59,599 nucleotides of DNA from a virus (Duplodnaviria > Caudoviricetes), in the IMG/VR virus record IMGVR_UViG_3300043618_000014, positions 1 to 59,599 of that record; one strand, given 5' to 3'. This document shows, piece after piece, positions 1-8,564 of the stretch (its first letter is position 1; the number at the start of each line of letters is the position of its first letter). Position numbers and translations under genes: made by a program. The notes below the pieces were generated by a model. That model saw only the letters and a list, made by a program, of their open reading frames with translations, made no database searches and was not told where the DNA came from.

Positions 1-127
1 TCCGCAGGTCGTCGCGCTCCTTGACCACCTCGGTCAGTTCTCGACGCAGGCGTGCCGCCTCGGCCTCGTTCGACGTGTTCGCGGCCTCCGTGACGTGGAG
101 TCGCTTCAGGGCGCTGCGGTAACACCC
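1..127. repeat. Terminal direct repeat copy 1 (assembly overlap of circular contig)
   Basis: 1-127 identical to 59473-59599; unit genome length 59472 bp. Confidence 0.95.
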
Positions 128-964
128 TCGCGCCCACTTCACCTCCGCGTCCGCCGCGTCGGCGTGTACGACCGCCTCGTTCCGTTCGCGCCGCAGACGA
201 TCGTAGGAGGCGAGATCCCGATCCCGCGCGCCCTTCATGAGCTTCACGGCGCGCAGCGCGTTGTCCCGTTCCTTGATCCGTTCCAGACTCGCGGTGATCG
301 CGTCGTTCCGCTCACGCCGCAGCGCCTCACGCTCGCGCACCACCGTACCCAGGGACCTCACGGCTTGATCGAGCCCGACTCGCAGGCGATCGTAGGAGAC
401 GTGATCCCGATCGCTTGTCGCGTCGTCGAACGTGCGCACCCACGGCCACAGGGCACGGCAGGTGGAACAGTTGGCCCTTCCCTCGCGGTACTCGTCGCTG
501 CGCCGCGCCAGGGAGTCCCGGTCGACCGAAGCGTCGCTGTCGATTCGACCGCAGGCCATGATCACCGTGTCCGCGCCGTCCGTGGCCTTGGCCCAGAGGT
601 GCCATACGCCGTGGGACGCGATCTTGCCCCAGGTCCATCCCGCAGGCGTGGAGTGCCCGGCCGCGTCGATCACGTGCTCGGGCACGTCGAACGCTTCGGC
701 GATGCTCGTGACCATGCGGGCCCGCGACGCCCGCAGGTGGATCACGTCGCACGCGGCGCACGGTGCGACCAGGTGGGCGGTGTACCGCTCGGTACGCACG
801 TCCGTCCCGCCTTCCGGCACCACCCACAGTGTCTCGCCGTCGCAGGAGCGCTCACACACCACGCATCCGCTGATCGGCTGGCCTCCCTTCGGCGTGGCGC
901 GGTGCCACCTTCCGTCACCATCCCGGTCGCGTACCCAATACACGGTCTTCTCGTCGTCACACAT
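1..964 (-). CDS. 5' part of junction-spanning hypothetical protein (~462 aa; Cys/His motifs plus coiled coil), continues at 59472-59048
   Basis: ATG at 964 after GGGAGG RBS; frame stays open through position 1 into ORF 59048..59500. Confidence 0.8.
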   Translation of the reverse strand, partial: MCDDEKTVYWVRDRDGDGRWHRATPKGGQPISGCVVCERSCDGETLWVVPEGGTDVRTERYTAHLVAPCAACDVIHLRASRARMVTSIAEAFDVPEHVIDAAGHSTPAGWTWGKIASHGVWHLWAKATDGADTVIMACGRIDSDASVDRDSLARRSDEYREGRANCSTCRALWPWVRTFDDATSDRDHVSYDRLRVGLDQAVRSLGTVVREREALRRERNDAITASLERIKERDNALRAVKLMKGARDRDLASYDRLRRERNEAVVHADAADAEVKWARGCYRSALKRLHVTEAANTSNEAEAARLRRELTEVVKERDDLR

Positions 965-1146
965 CACTTGTGTCCCTCCCGGTGCCTGTCCAGCACCAGT
1001 TGCGCCGCCGCTCTCACGGCGTACGTCAGTCCCTTGAGTGATCCACAGTCCACACAGCAGGGGTGATACAGCGGTCCCACCTGTATCACCCCACTCCCTC
1101 GCCCGGACACGGCGCACACGCACCGATCCATCCCCGTACCTCTCCG

Positions 1147-2061
1147 CTAGCGCAACGTCTGTGCCACGACGACCTGATCGTCCGCGTCGTCACCGTAGGA
1201 CAGCGGCACGGCGGTCGTGTGGTCGCGGTCGCGGTAGCCGTACATCGGGGCGCCGTTGTACCCGCCCCACAGAACGACGTCGACCGCGTCCGTGCCGTCC
1301 GTGGCCCACACGATCACGTCGCCGTACTCGCCGGGCTTGCCGGCGGCATCGGTGCGGCGGACCAACCAGAGGCTCTTGTGGGCCACGTCGATGTCGACGT
1401 CGGCAACCGACGTCGACACACCTTCACCCACCAGCTCCAACCGGCGACTCAGGTACGCGACCGTCTTCCGCTCCGCGTCGCGCTCCTTGACGAGCCGATC
1501 GACCTGCGCCGTCTGTCGCTTGTCCATGTCCGCGAGTCGATCTTTCAGCGCGTCACGCTCACGCGTCACCTCGGTCAGCTCCCGGGCGACCCGGTCGCGG
1601 GACGCGTGCGCCTCACGCTCCGACACCTGCCACGACAGACGCTCCTCGGAGATGTCCCGCAGACACTCGGACGCGGTGTCGCGCTCCCTCGTTCGCGCTT
1701 CGAGGAAGACGCGCGCGTCGTCCCTCTCCTTGATCGCCGCGTCACGCTCCTTGACGATCCCCGTGTACATGTCGCGTTCGCGTGAGATCTGCACACGTGC
1801 CTTCCGCGCCTCCGACTGCACGGTGTTCAGGTCGACCGCGACCTTGTCGTGCGCGGTCTTGTACGCGTCGCGCGCCTTGATCGCCTCGTCACGCTCCTTG
1901 CTCACCTTGTCGTGCGCTTCGCGGTACATGTCGCGTGCCGTCGGCGTCACGCCTTGGTTGACACGCCACGCGGCCACGAGTCGATCGACGTCCACGGGAT
2001 CCCCGTCGATCACGATCGAGTCGATCACGACCGACTTGATTCCCTGTGCGTAGTACGTCAT
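1147..2061 (-). CDS. Coiled-coil hypothetical protein
   Basis: GGAGG RBS, start MTYYAQ; heptad (K/R)ERD repeats. Confidence 0.8.
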   Translation of the reverse strand: MTYYAQGIKSVVIDSIVIDGDPVDVDRLVAAWRVNQGVTPTARDMYREAHDKVSKERDEAIKARDAYKTAHDKVAVDLNTVQSEARKARVQISRERDMYTGIVKERDAAIKERDDARVFLEARTRERDTASECLRDISEERLSWQVSEREAHASRDRVARELTEVTRERDALKDRLADMDKRQTAQVDRLVKERDAERKTVAYLSRRLELVGEGVSTSVADVDIDVAHKSLWLVRRTDAAGKPGEYGDVIVWATDGTDAVDVVLWGGYNGAPMYGYRDRDHTTAVPLSYGDDADDQVVVAQTLR

Positions 2062-2168
2062 CGTCCGTTCCTCCCCTGGTATCGGTCCCACAGTTCCACC
2101 ACGTACACCGCGACCACACTGACGACGCAGGACGTCACGGCCACCCACGCGAAGGTCGAGAAGCTCAT
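2058..2168 (-). CDS. Small single-TM protein (MSFSTFAWVAVTSCVVSVVAVYVVELW...)
   Basis: Fills gap with ATGA coupling to next gene; hydrophobic stretch. Confidence 0.5.
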   Translation of the reverse strand: MSFSTFAWVAVTSCVVSVVAVYVVELWDRYQGRNGR

Positions 2169-2170
2169 GA

Positions 2171-2497
2171 TCACCACGCGTCCGCGTCGTCGGTGACGAT
2201 CAGGGCCGCCTCATCCCGCAGTGCGTCCAACCAGCCGTATCCGGTACTCACGTGGTACGAGTCGGGGGTGTGCATCCGAATCGTCTGCACGTACTCCACG
2301 CTTCCGGACGCCAACGTCGTCAACACGACCCGGGTCAAGTCGACATCCTCGCCCCGGACACCCCGGTAGACGAATTCGATCTCATCGACGTCGGCGACCT
2401 CTCCCACCATCGTCTCGATCGTGTAGCCGTGCCCCCACACCGGGAACACGACTCGGCGTTCCTGTCGGTACTCAGGTACCAACTTGATCTCGTTCAC
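2171..2497 (-). CDS. Hypothetical protein
   Basis: Downstream of promoter and GGGAGG RBS. Confidence 0.75.
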   Translation of the reverse strand: MNEIKLVPEYRQERRVVFPVWGHGYTIETMVGEVADVDEIEFVYRGVRGEDVDLTRVVLTTLASGSVEYVQTIRMHTPDSYHVSTGYGWLDALRDEAALIVTDDADAW

Positions 2498-2530
2498 GTG
2501 CCTGCCTCCCTCGTTGTCTGTACAGGTGTC

Positions 2531-2575
2531 AGCCTAGCGAGAGGGACCAGGGTTGTCAACACCCCCTGGTCCCTC
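2531..2575 (-). promoter_or_regulatory. Phage promoter with overlapping hairpin
   Basis: TTGACA-17-TAGGCT; IR GAGGGACCAGGG/CCCTGGTCCCTC flanks the -35. Confidence 0.8.
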
Positions 2576-2581
2576 GTCGCG

Positions 2582-2824
2582 CTATCGGTACTCGATCGCC
2601 AACCGCACGATCTCGACACACGGGACCTCCGCGAGCCTCCGCGTCCCCGACACGTCCATCTCCGTCAGGTCGACGTGCGTGGCGGTGGTGCTCATGATCC
2701 GCCGCACCTCGTCCCGCAGGCGATCGGCCTCACCCGCGTCCCGGGCCACGATCACCACCCCGTCGCGGCGGCGCCGCGTGTAGATCACGAGACACGGTTC
2801 CTTCGCTCGACCGCTCCCGAACAT
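2582..2824 (-). CDS. Small hypothetical protein
   Basis: Coupled gene in operon. Confidence 0.65.
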   Translation of the reverse strand: MFGSGRAKEPCLVIYTRRRRDGVVIVARDAGEADRLRDEVRRIMSTTATHVDLTEMDVSGTRRLAEVPCVEIVRLAIEYR

Positions 2825-3012
2825 CACATCCCCTTCCACGCGCAGCCGGGGAACACGTAGACCTTCTTGCCTTCCCGGTTGACCAGGGTGGCGTAGCTGT
2901 CCATGCCGCGCCGCACCCGATCGAGCTTGTACTTGACCGCGTCGATCTCGTCCTTGTCCCCCTCGAACACGTGGACCTGACCGTCACTCGTGGTGACCTT
3001 GATCGCCTTCAC
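2824..3012 (-). CDS. Small hypothetical protein (paralog family KVTTxDG)
   Basis: GAGGAG RBS, GTGA overlap; MKAIKVTTSDG. Confidence 0.7.
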   Translation of the reverse strand: MKAIKVTTSDGQVHVFEGDKDEIDAVKYKLDRVRRGMDSYATLVNREGKKVYVFPGCAWKGM

Positions 3013-3197
3013 TCGACACTCCTCAGGTCGCACGCCTCGAACCGGGCGGTCGTGTCCCTCGCGTGGACGATCACGCTCGGGGCGTCGCCCTTCATGACGC
3101 CGAGCACCGCCTTGTAGACGAGGTCGGCGTCCCTCCCGAGGTACACGTGCCTCTCGCCGTCCACGGTGGTGATGGTCACCTTCGTGCGCTCGCTCAT
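3009..3197 (-). CDS. Small hypothetical protein (paralog family)
   Basis: MSERTKVTITTVDG...DLRSVE. Confidence 0.75.
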   Translation of the reverse strand: MSERTKVTITTVDGERHVYLGRDADLVYKAVLGVMKGDAPSVIVHARDTTARFEACDLRSVE

Positions 3198-3394
3198 CAC
3201 TCCACGCTCCGCAGGTCGGCGGTGGTGTACCGGGTGTACTTGCCGAAATTCTCCTCGTGGACGACCACGTCCGGGCCGCCGTTGATGCACTTCACCAACG
3301 CGTCGTACAGCCGTACCGGCTGCATCCCGGGGCCGTACACGTACTTCCGGCCGTCCTTCGTGGTGACGGTCACCTGTGTGCGCTCGCTCATCAT
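3197..3394 (-). CDS. Small hypothetical protein (paralog family)
   Basis: MMSERTQVTVTTKDG...DLRSVE. Confidence 0.75.
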   Translation of the reverse strand: MMSERTQVTVTTKDGRKYVYGPGMQPVRLYDALVKCINGGPDVVVHEENFGKYTRYTTADLRSVE

Positions 3395-3609
3395 CCGCTC
3401 CCGAAGTTCATGACGGCCCGATCGGGCACGCCGGGGGAGACCTCGTACATGGTCCCCTTGCTGACGCCGTCGACCTCTCGGCGCTTGGACAGACCTTGTG
3501 CCCACTTCACGGCGGTGTCGTAGCTCTCGAACCATCCGCCGTCCGTCCCCAACCACTTGCCCGTGATCGGTGACCACCACATCACCTTGTACTCGACTCG
3601 TGCACTCAT
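3391..3609 (-). CDS. Hypothetical protein
   Basis: ATGA overlap, RBS. Confidence 0.7.
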   Translation of the reverse strand: MSARVEYKVMWWSPITGKWLGTDGGWFESYDTAVKWAQGLSKRREVDGVSKGTMYEVSPGVPDRAVMNFGSG

Positions 3610-3612
3610 CCC

Positions 3613-3882
3613 TCACCCCTCGTTGATCTTGTTCGCGTACGCGATCCAATCGGCCGCGCGCTTGCGCACCGCCTTGTGTATGTAGTGCGACACGTAACCG
3701 ATTCGAGCCACTTCGTCCGTGACACGTTCGACTTCGGTCACCGGAACCCAAACGATCCTCGGGGATCCACCCTCCCAACGGGCCACTCCCGGGAACCGTT
3801 CGCACATGCGGCGCGCGGCCCATGCCGTACGGCATGGGATCCGTAGGTGCAACACACCGCCGATGATGTCCGTCCCTCTCAT
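3613..3882 (-). CDS. Hypothetical protein
   Basis: In operon; ends KINEG. Confidence 0.65.
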   Translation of the reverse strand: MRGTDIIGGVLHLRIPCRTAWAARRMCERFPGVARWEGGSPRIVWVPVTEVERVTDEVARIGYVSHYIHKAVRKRAADWIAYANKINEG

Positions 3883-3885
3883 CTC

Positions 3886-4212
3886 TCACCCCTCGTTGAT
3901 CTTGCTCTCGTACAGGGCCCACGCGGTGCCCAGGTACACCGACCCCACGTAGGCGAACACGCGACGCACGCGACCTCGCCACACGATCCACGTCGTGCGC
4001 GGCTCGTCACTCGCGAGCCGAGCGGCCTTCGCGGCGGCCCTTCCGAACGCCGACGACCAGCGCTTGCGGCCGGCGTCGCTCACACCCCGCTCGATCAGGT
4101 AGTCGTCGACCGTGACCAGTCCCGTCCGCAGACGGTGTGCCGCCGCGAACACGGCGACCAACGGAGTACGAAGAGCCTTCTCGATCGCGGTGCGCATGAC
4201 CCGGAGTCGCAT
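3886..4212 (-). CDS. Hypothetical protein
   Basis: First gene after promoter, GGGAG RBS; ends KINEG. Confidence 0.75.
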   Translation of the reverse strand: MRLRVMRTAIEKALRTPLVAVFAAAHRLRTGLVTVDDYLIERGVSDAGRKRWSSAFGRAAAKAARLASDEPRTTWIVWRGRVRRVFAYVGSVYLGTAWALYESKINEG

Positions 4213-4248
4213 GATCTGTGTCTCCCTCGTTCGTGTGTGTACAGGTAC

Positions 4249-4286
4249 AGACTAGCGGGGGTGTCGACGCGATGTCAACACCCCCG
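4249..4286 (-). promoter_or_regulatory. Phage promoter with overlapping hairpin
   Basis: GGGGGTGTTGACA-18-TAGTCT; IR with GTCGACACCCCCG. Confidence 0.8.
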
Positions 4287-4292
4287 TGTGAC

Positions 4293-4463
4293 CTACTCCC
4301 AATCGTGCGGACCCTCGTGTCCCTCGTCCAACGCGCACGGCTCGATCAGGCCGGCCCGAGAGCTTTCGATCGGACACGTACCGCACGCCTGCGTACCGCG
4401 TGCCCACGCGTCCATCATGGCCCACAGGAACCGGTTGAACACCTCTTGATCGGGACGGGTCAC
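4293..4463 (-). CDS. Small Cys/His protein
   Basis: GTGA overlap; CxxC...C...H..H. Confidence 0.6.
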   Translation of the reverse strand: MTRPDQEVFNRFLWAMMDAWARGTQACGTCPIESSRAGLIEPCALDEGHEGPHDWE

Positions 4464-4792
4464 CGGACGTCCTTGCCGGCCGCGTCCTTCAGGGTCCACG
4501 TGATGTCGCCGTTGTGCCGGCTGTACCCCTTGGCCACCCCGATGGCGGCCGACTTCGCGGCGGCGTCGCCGTCCGCCTTGAACACGGTGTCGCCCAGGTT
4601 CACCCCGTCGGTGCACGTCATCGTCATCGTGTAGATCTTCTTGGCCATGATCTTCTCCAGTCGTCTCGTCCTCCGCGCCTTCATGCGCAGGAGGATCTGT
4701 GTGTCGGTCGGTCGCTGCCACGAGTGATCGCCCAAGCCGTGTCGCTCCGTGCCGCAGCGTCCGCACGAGTACGGACGCGGAATGTCGATCAC
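4460..4792 (-). CDS. Hypothetical protein (N-terminal CxxC)
   Basis: GTGA overlap with upstream gene. Confidence 0.6.
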   Translation of the reverse strand: MIDIPRPYSCGRCGTERHGLGDHSWQRPTDTQILLRMKARRTRRLEKIMAKKIYTMTMTCTDGVNLGDTVFKADGDAAAKSAAIGVAKGYSRHNGDITWTLKDAAGKDVR

Positions 4793-5001
4793 GCCCACGC
4801 GCCGCACGTCGCGGTGAACTCGTGCACGGTCGCCCCTTCCAGGCACCCGCACTGCTCACCGACGTGCACGTTGTCGTACGTCGCGCGGCCGGCCTTCTCG
4901 TACGCGCTCAACGCGTCGCTCGCGGCTCCCTGATCGACGTATCCGAACAGGTCGTCCACGGCGTCGCCGTCCTTGTCGAACAACCCGAACACCTGCCCCA
5001 C
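4789..5001 (-). CDS. Hypothetical protein
   Basis: Downstream of divergent promoter leader. Confidence 0.65.
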   Translation of the reverse strand: MGQVFGLFDKDGDAVDDLFGYVDQGAASDALSAYEKAGRATYDNVHVGEQCGCLEGATVHEFTATCGAWA

Positions 5002-5031
5002 CCCGCTTCCCTCGTTGTGCTGACAAGGAGA

Positions 5032-5103
5032 ACGCTAACGGCCGACGTCCCTTCATGTCAACACCCCAGGGGTGTTGACATCCCTCGGTCCCGTACCTAT
5101 CTT
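5032..5103. promoter_or_regulatory. Back-to-back divergent promoters
   Basis: Palindrome TGTCAACACCCC-A-GGGGTGTTGACA; + strand TTGACA-17-TATCTT, - strand TTGACA-18-TAGCGT. Confidence 0.8.
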
Positions 5104-5138
5104 CGTACATGTCAGCACAACGACAAGGGAGACACATC

Positions 5139-5612
5139 ATGCTCATGTCATCGGGACCGCTTGTCGCGGACTGCGTCCGCACCTTGATCGAGCATCGCTC
5201 GGACAAGCACGATCAGCGCGTGTGGATGGACGCGAAGTACGAGGACGGTCGTGTCCACCTGACCGGGTGCGTCGGGGCGTGGGGCGCCGTACTCGCCGGT
5301 ACGGTCCAGTGGATGGACTGGGAGGACCGTACGCAGGAGGGTGGCCTCACATGCGTGGCGGACGGCTCGCAGGTGTACGCCGACGACGACCGGTGGTTCG
5401 AGTGGGGCCGCGCCGCACTCGACATCACGCCCCTTCTCGCCCACTCCCTGTTCGCCAAGTGGGTGGGCCACCGCGCGGCGATCGAAGCCCTGACGGATCT
5501 TGTCGACGCGGTCGACGACCGTGAGATCGTGCGCCGTCTGGACCGGACGATCATCGTCGTACCGGGCACCCGGCTCTTCCTTCGCGACCCTCGCGGATAC
5601 CGCCGCGACTGA
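5139..5612 (+). CDS. Hypothetical protein
   Basis: AAGGGAG RBS after promoter; followed by hairpin terminator. Confidence 0.8.
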   Translation: MLMSSGPLVADCVRTLIEHRSDKHDQRVWMDAKYEDGRVHLTGCVGAWGAVLAGTVQWMDWEDRTQEGGLTCVADGSQVYADDDRWFEWGRAALDITPLLAHSLFAKWVGHRAAIEALTDLVDAVDDREIVRRLDRTIIVVPGTRLFLRDPRGYRRD

Positions 5613-5629
5613 CCCCCACGGGACGCGAG

Positions 5630-5664
5630 AAGGCCCCTTCACCTCATGGGTGAAGGGGCCTTTC
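5630..5664. terminator. Bidirectional intrinsic terminator
   Basis: AAGGCCCCTTCACC/GGTGAAGGGGCCTT hairpin between convergent genes. Confidence 0.8.
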
Positions 5665-5665
5665 G

Positions 5666-5810
5666 TGTTGCGCCGCCCAGGTTGCGGCGTCCTCATGTTA
5701 CGCCTCGTGTTACGCCCGGTGACCAGGTGTTTCGCCGGATGTTGCGCGTGTTGCGCACATGCCCCGTGAAGGCCGTTGAGTGCTCGCGTAACAGGCGCAA
5801 CATGTTGCAC
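5666..5810. repeat. clt-like cluster of 8-bp TGTT(A/G/T)CGC repeats
   Basis: Copies at 5666, 5696, 5708, 5728, 5740, 5749 (direct), 5786, 5795 (inverted), 5803 (variant), right after the translocase stop. Confidence 0.75.
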
Positions 5811-7364
5811 CTATACCCAGGGACCCTTGACCACGTTGCTCTCGGGAGAGAGTGCCTTGAAGCGTCCCGCGCCGTCACTCTCGATGCGCCGCGCCTTGCG
5901 CATGCGCGCCAGTACGGCACGTGTGACCGCCGGGTTGGGCATGTCGGCCGCGCGGGTCAGACCGTCGACACGCCACCACGCGCCGTCGCTCAGGACCGCC
6001 GTCAACCGCTCCTCCTGCGTCCCCTTGGACACCCCCTCGATCAGGTCGTCGGCAGCCTTCCTGGGGCCGGGGATCGTGACGGAGGACGCCGTGCCCACGA
6101 CGCTCGCGCAGCGCCGTACGGCGTCGGCGAACAGCGGCATGGACATCTCGGGAACGCGGCGCATGACCGGGGCGCGGTCGCGGGGCGAGCGGACCAGGAC
6201 GTGGCCGTGCATGGGCAGCCTCGTGCCGTCCCATCCCTCGCCCACCGATCCGACCCCGAACAGCTTGTCGGACTCCGCTCGGGTGTTGACGTGGGCGCAC
6301 ACGGTGGTGGAGAACTGAGATCTCAATCCCCCACCCGTGGCGCTGCGGGCGGTCTTGAAGAGGTCCGCTCCCACGCTCTGCGTCCCCATGATCAAGGTCT
6401 GCCCGAGCGATCGGGACTTGCGCGCGACCTCGTCGATGGCGTCCATCATCGGGGTGCCCGCAAGGTCGGTGAACTCGTCGACGACGATCACGTCCCACGG
6501 CTCCTCCTCCGTCGCCTCCCACACCTTGGCGGGCTCGTCGATCTCGCCTCGTACGAAAGCCTGCGCCCGCTCCGCGACCAGGTCACCGCGCCTGCGCATG
6601 GTCTTCACGCATCCCTCAAGTGCGGCGAGTCCCTCCTTGTCGGCCCGGTGGACGGTCACCCGCGACCCCCGCAGACACCCGAGCAGACGATCTCCCTTGG
6701 GGTCGATGACGAGGATCCGCAGGTGGGCGCGGGGAAGCAGGTCGGCGATGGCGTCCGCCATGATCACCGACTTGCCCGCGTCGGTGCATCCCGCGATGAG
6801 GATGTGACCGCCTTCCAGCGGCACGACCACCCCGCCTCCCAGGTCGATGGGGTCGTGGGTAGCGGGCACCGTGACGCGCGGCTCCCACTTCGTGGCCGGG
6901 ATCACGTCCCACTTCGACGACGACTCATCGTCGGCGTCCGCCACCACGTCCACCCGCTTCTCGACACCCTGCAACTTCGCGAGGTTCAGGGCGGTCTTGC
7001 TCTTCTCCGTGGCCACCTTGGCCTTGACCAGGGGGTCACCTTCCCGGGTCCACCGTGCGGTGAAGCAGGCGAGAGCGACCAGCCCGGTGGCGGTCATGCC
7101 GCCCACGGTGTTGACTACGCCGGGCCCGGTGGCCAGGGTCCACGTGGCCCACGCCCCGGCCAACGACCACGTGGTGCCCGCGACGATCGCGGGCGCGGCG
7201 TAGCGGCGGTCGTAGGCCACGACCGCGCCGCAGCCGATCACCCCGACTGCTGCGGTCACGGTGCCCGCTCCCACGGCCAAGTCGTGCGCGTACGGCGTCG
7301 CGGCCATGATCTCCGTGACCGCGAACACGGAGCCCGCGATGACCGTGGGCTTGTCGACGGTCAT
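5811..7364 (-). CDS. traB: FtsK/SpoIIIE-family DNA translocase, TraB-like
   Basis: N-terminal TM helices; Walker A AGCTDAGKS, Walker B IVVDE, MGTQ motif; C-terminal wHTH-like segment; ATGA overlap with upstream gene. Confidence 0.85.
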   Translation of the reverse strand: MTVDKPTVIAGSVFAVTEIMAATPYAHDLAVGAGTVTAAVGVIGCGAVVAYDRRYAAPAIVAGTTWSLAGAWATWTLATGPGVVNTVGGMTATGLVALACFTARWTREGDPLVKAKVATEKSKTALNLAKLQGVEKRVDVVADADDESSSKWDVIPATKWEPRVTVPATHDPIDLGGGVVVPLEGGHILIAGCTDAGKSVIMADAIADLLPRAHLRILVIDPKGDRLLGCLRGSRVTVHRADKEGLAALEGCVKTMRRRGDLVAERAQAFVRGEIDEPAKVWEATEEEPWDVIVVDEFTDLAGTPMMDAIDEVARKSRSLGQTLIMGTQSVGADLFKTARSATGGGLRSQFSTTVCAHVNTRAESDKLFGVGSVGEGWDGTRLPMHGHVLVRSPRDRAPVMRRVPEMSMPLFADAVRRCASVVGTASSVTIPGPRKAADDLIEGVSKGTQEERLTAVLSDGAWWRVDGLTRAADMPNPAVTRAVLARMRKARRIESDGAGRFKALSPESNVVKGPWV

Positions 7365-8416
7365 GACGAGCACCCCTTGGCCACGGCCAGGAGCCGGCGT
7401 CCGGTGCGGTCGGAGATGCCGAACCGCGTGGCCACGTCGAACCCGTTCGTGTCCTTGTCGTCCGCGAGCATGGCCATGACCGTGGCCACGCGAGGGTCGT
7501 GGCCACGTGTGGCCGTGGCCAAGGGCTTGACCGCAGTCGTGGCCGTGGCCACGGTCGGCGTGTACGGCCGGCCCAGGAGCGCGGTCATGGCCATGGTGTC
7601 CGTGGCCACGAGTGCCTTGTCCACGGCCGTGGCCACGCCGGCCACACGCTTGGCCACGGACACGCGAGGTGTGGCCATGGCCACGTGGCCACGGTCGTCG
7701 GTGTTGGCCACGTCGTCGGTGGCCATGGCCATCGGTGCGACGGTCGGACGCGGAGGGATGGCCACGGTCACGACCTCGGGCACGATGGCCATGGCCACGT
7801 GGCCACGGTCGTCCGTCGTGGCCACGGTCACGTCGTCCATGACCGTGGCCACGGGTGCGGTCGTGGCCGTGGCCACGTACCGACGTACCTGATGCATGAG
7901 CGCGCCGAACGCGAACAGAGCGGCCACGGGAGGAGCCGCCGCTACGGCGTAGTACATGAACGGCTTGTCCGCGCCCACCCCCACCACGTTGAACGCGATG
8001 GATCCCGCCGATCCACCAATGGTCAGACCCCATCCCCACCACGAGAAACCCAGACGGGCGATCGCAGCCAGGAGGATCAACAGTTCACCGATGATGATGA
8101 ACGTGTCGATCGTCCCCGGCCAGAGCCACGCGTGAAACCCGGCGGGTACGCCGTTGGCCACGGCCACACCCTTCAGGTGTGCGTAGGAACGGACGAAAGC
8201 GGCCACGGTCAGCAGTGTCGTGGCCACGCCGGCCAGGATGGCCACGGCCACGGCCATGCGCCGCGCCTTGTCGTCCCTGTCCGTGGCCATGTCCGTGGCC
8301 ACGGGCTTCCTCATCTGCGGCTTGTCCGTGGCCACGTGGCCACGTGTGGCCATGGCCACGACTGCGGTCACGATGGCCATGGCCATCACGACGGCCACGA
8401 TCAACCAGAGGTTCAT
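7361..8416 (-). CDS. DUF2637-like / Spd-like membrane protein with VAT/MAM low-complexity linker and C-terminal HTH
   Basis: AAGGAG RBS; AFVRSYAHL..AWLWPGTID..S.AFNV..AAAPPVAAL pattern; tail FDVATRFGISDRTGRRLL. Confidence 0.8.
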   Translation of the reverse strand: MNLWLIVAVVMAMAIVTAVVAMATRGHVATDKPQMRKPVATDMATDRDDKARRMAVAVAILAGVATTLLTVAAFVRSYAHLKGVAVANGVPAGFHAWLWPGTIDTFIIIGELLILLAAIARLGFSWWGWGLTIGGSAGSIAFNVVGVGADKPFMYYAVAAAPPVAALFAFGALMHQVRRYVATATTAPVATVMDDVTVATTDDRGHVAMAIVPEVVTVAIPPRPTVAPMAMATDDVANTDDRGHVAMATPRVSVAKRVAGVATAVDKALVATDTMAMTALLGRPYTPTVATATTAVKPLATATRGHDPRVATVMAMLADDKDTNGFDVATRFGISDRTGRRLLAVAKGCSS

Positions 8417-8541
8417 CTCGTACTCCTTGTCCGCGTGGCCGTGGCCACGTGGCCACGGCCACTGTTTGTGTCCGGACAAGGAAGAGTACATGACTGTCAA
8501 CACCGTTGCAACAGCAAACGACCCCGTGGCCACATGGCCAC
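7378..8541. repeat. Dense TGGCCA (often GTGGCCAC) palindrome array
   Basis: About 39 exact TGGCCA by hand count plus many 1-mismatch variants; extends into non-coding DNA. Confidence 0.95.
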
Positions 8542-8549
8542 GGGGTCGT
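8518..8549. terminator. Hairpin/terminator with TGGCCA in both arms
   Basis: ACGACCCCGTGGCCA / TGGCCACGGGGTCGT inverted repeat. Confidence 0.7.
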
Positions 8550-8564
8550 CGTCCTGCGAGTCGG

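Noticed and set aside
1-127. Biological terminal repeat of the virion DNA
   Set aside because: 127 bp matches a common assembler k-mer overlap and falls mid-ORF; it shows circularity, not the packaging ends
5646-7892. 748-aa plus-strand ORF and other long antisense ORFs (12835..14586, 17153..19918, 19991..21703, 41965..43848, 44445..46388)
   Set aside because: Shadow frames opposite motif-bearing genes in high-GC DNA; Arg/His/Gly-rich with no motifs
7378-8541. CRISPR array or simple microsatellite
   Set aside because: Repeats are 6-8 bp, irregularly spaced and mostly inside a CDS; no repeat-spacer period and no cas operon
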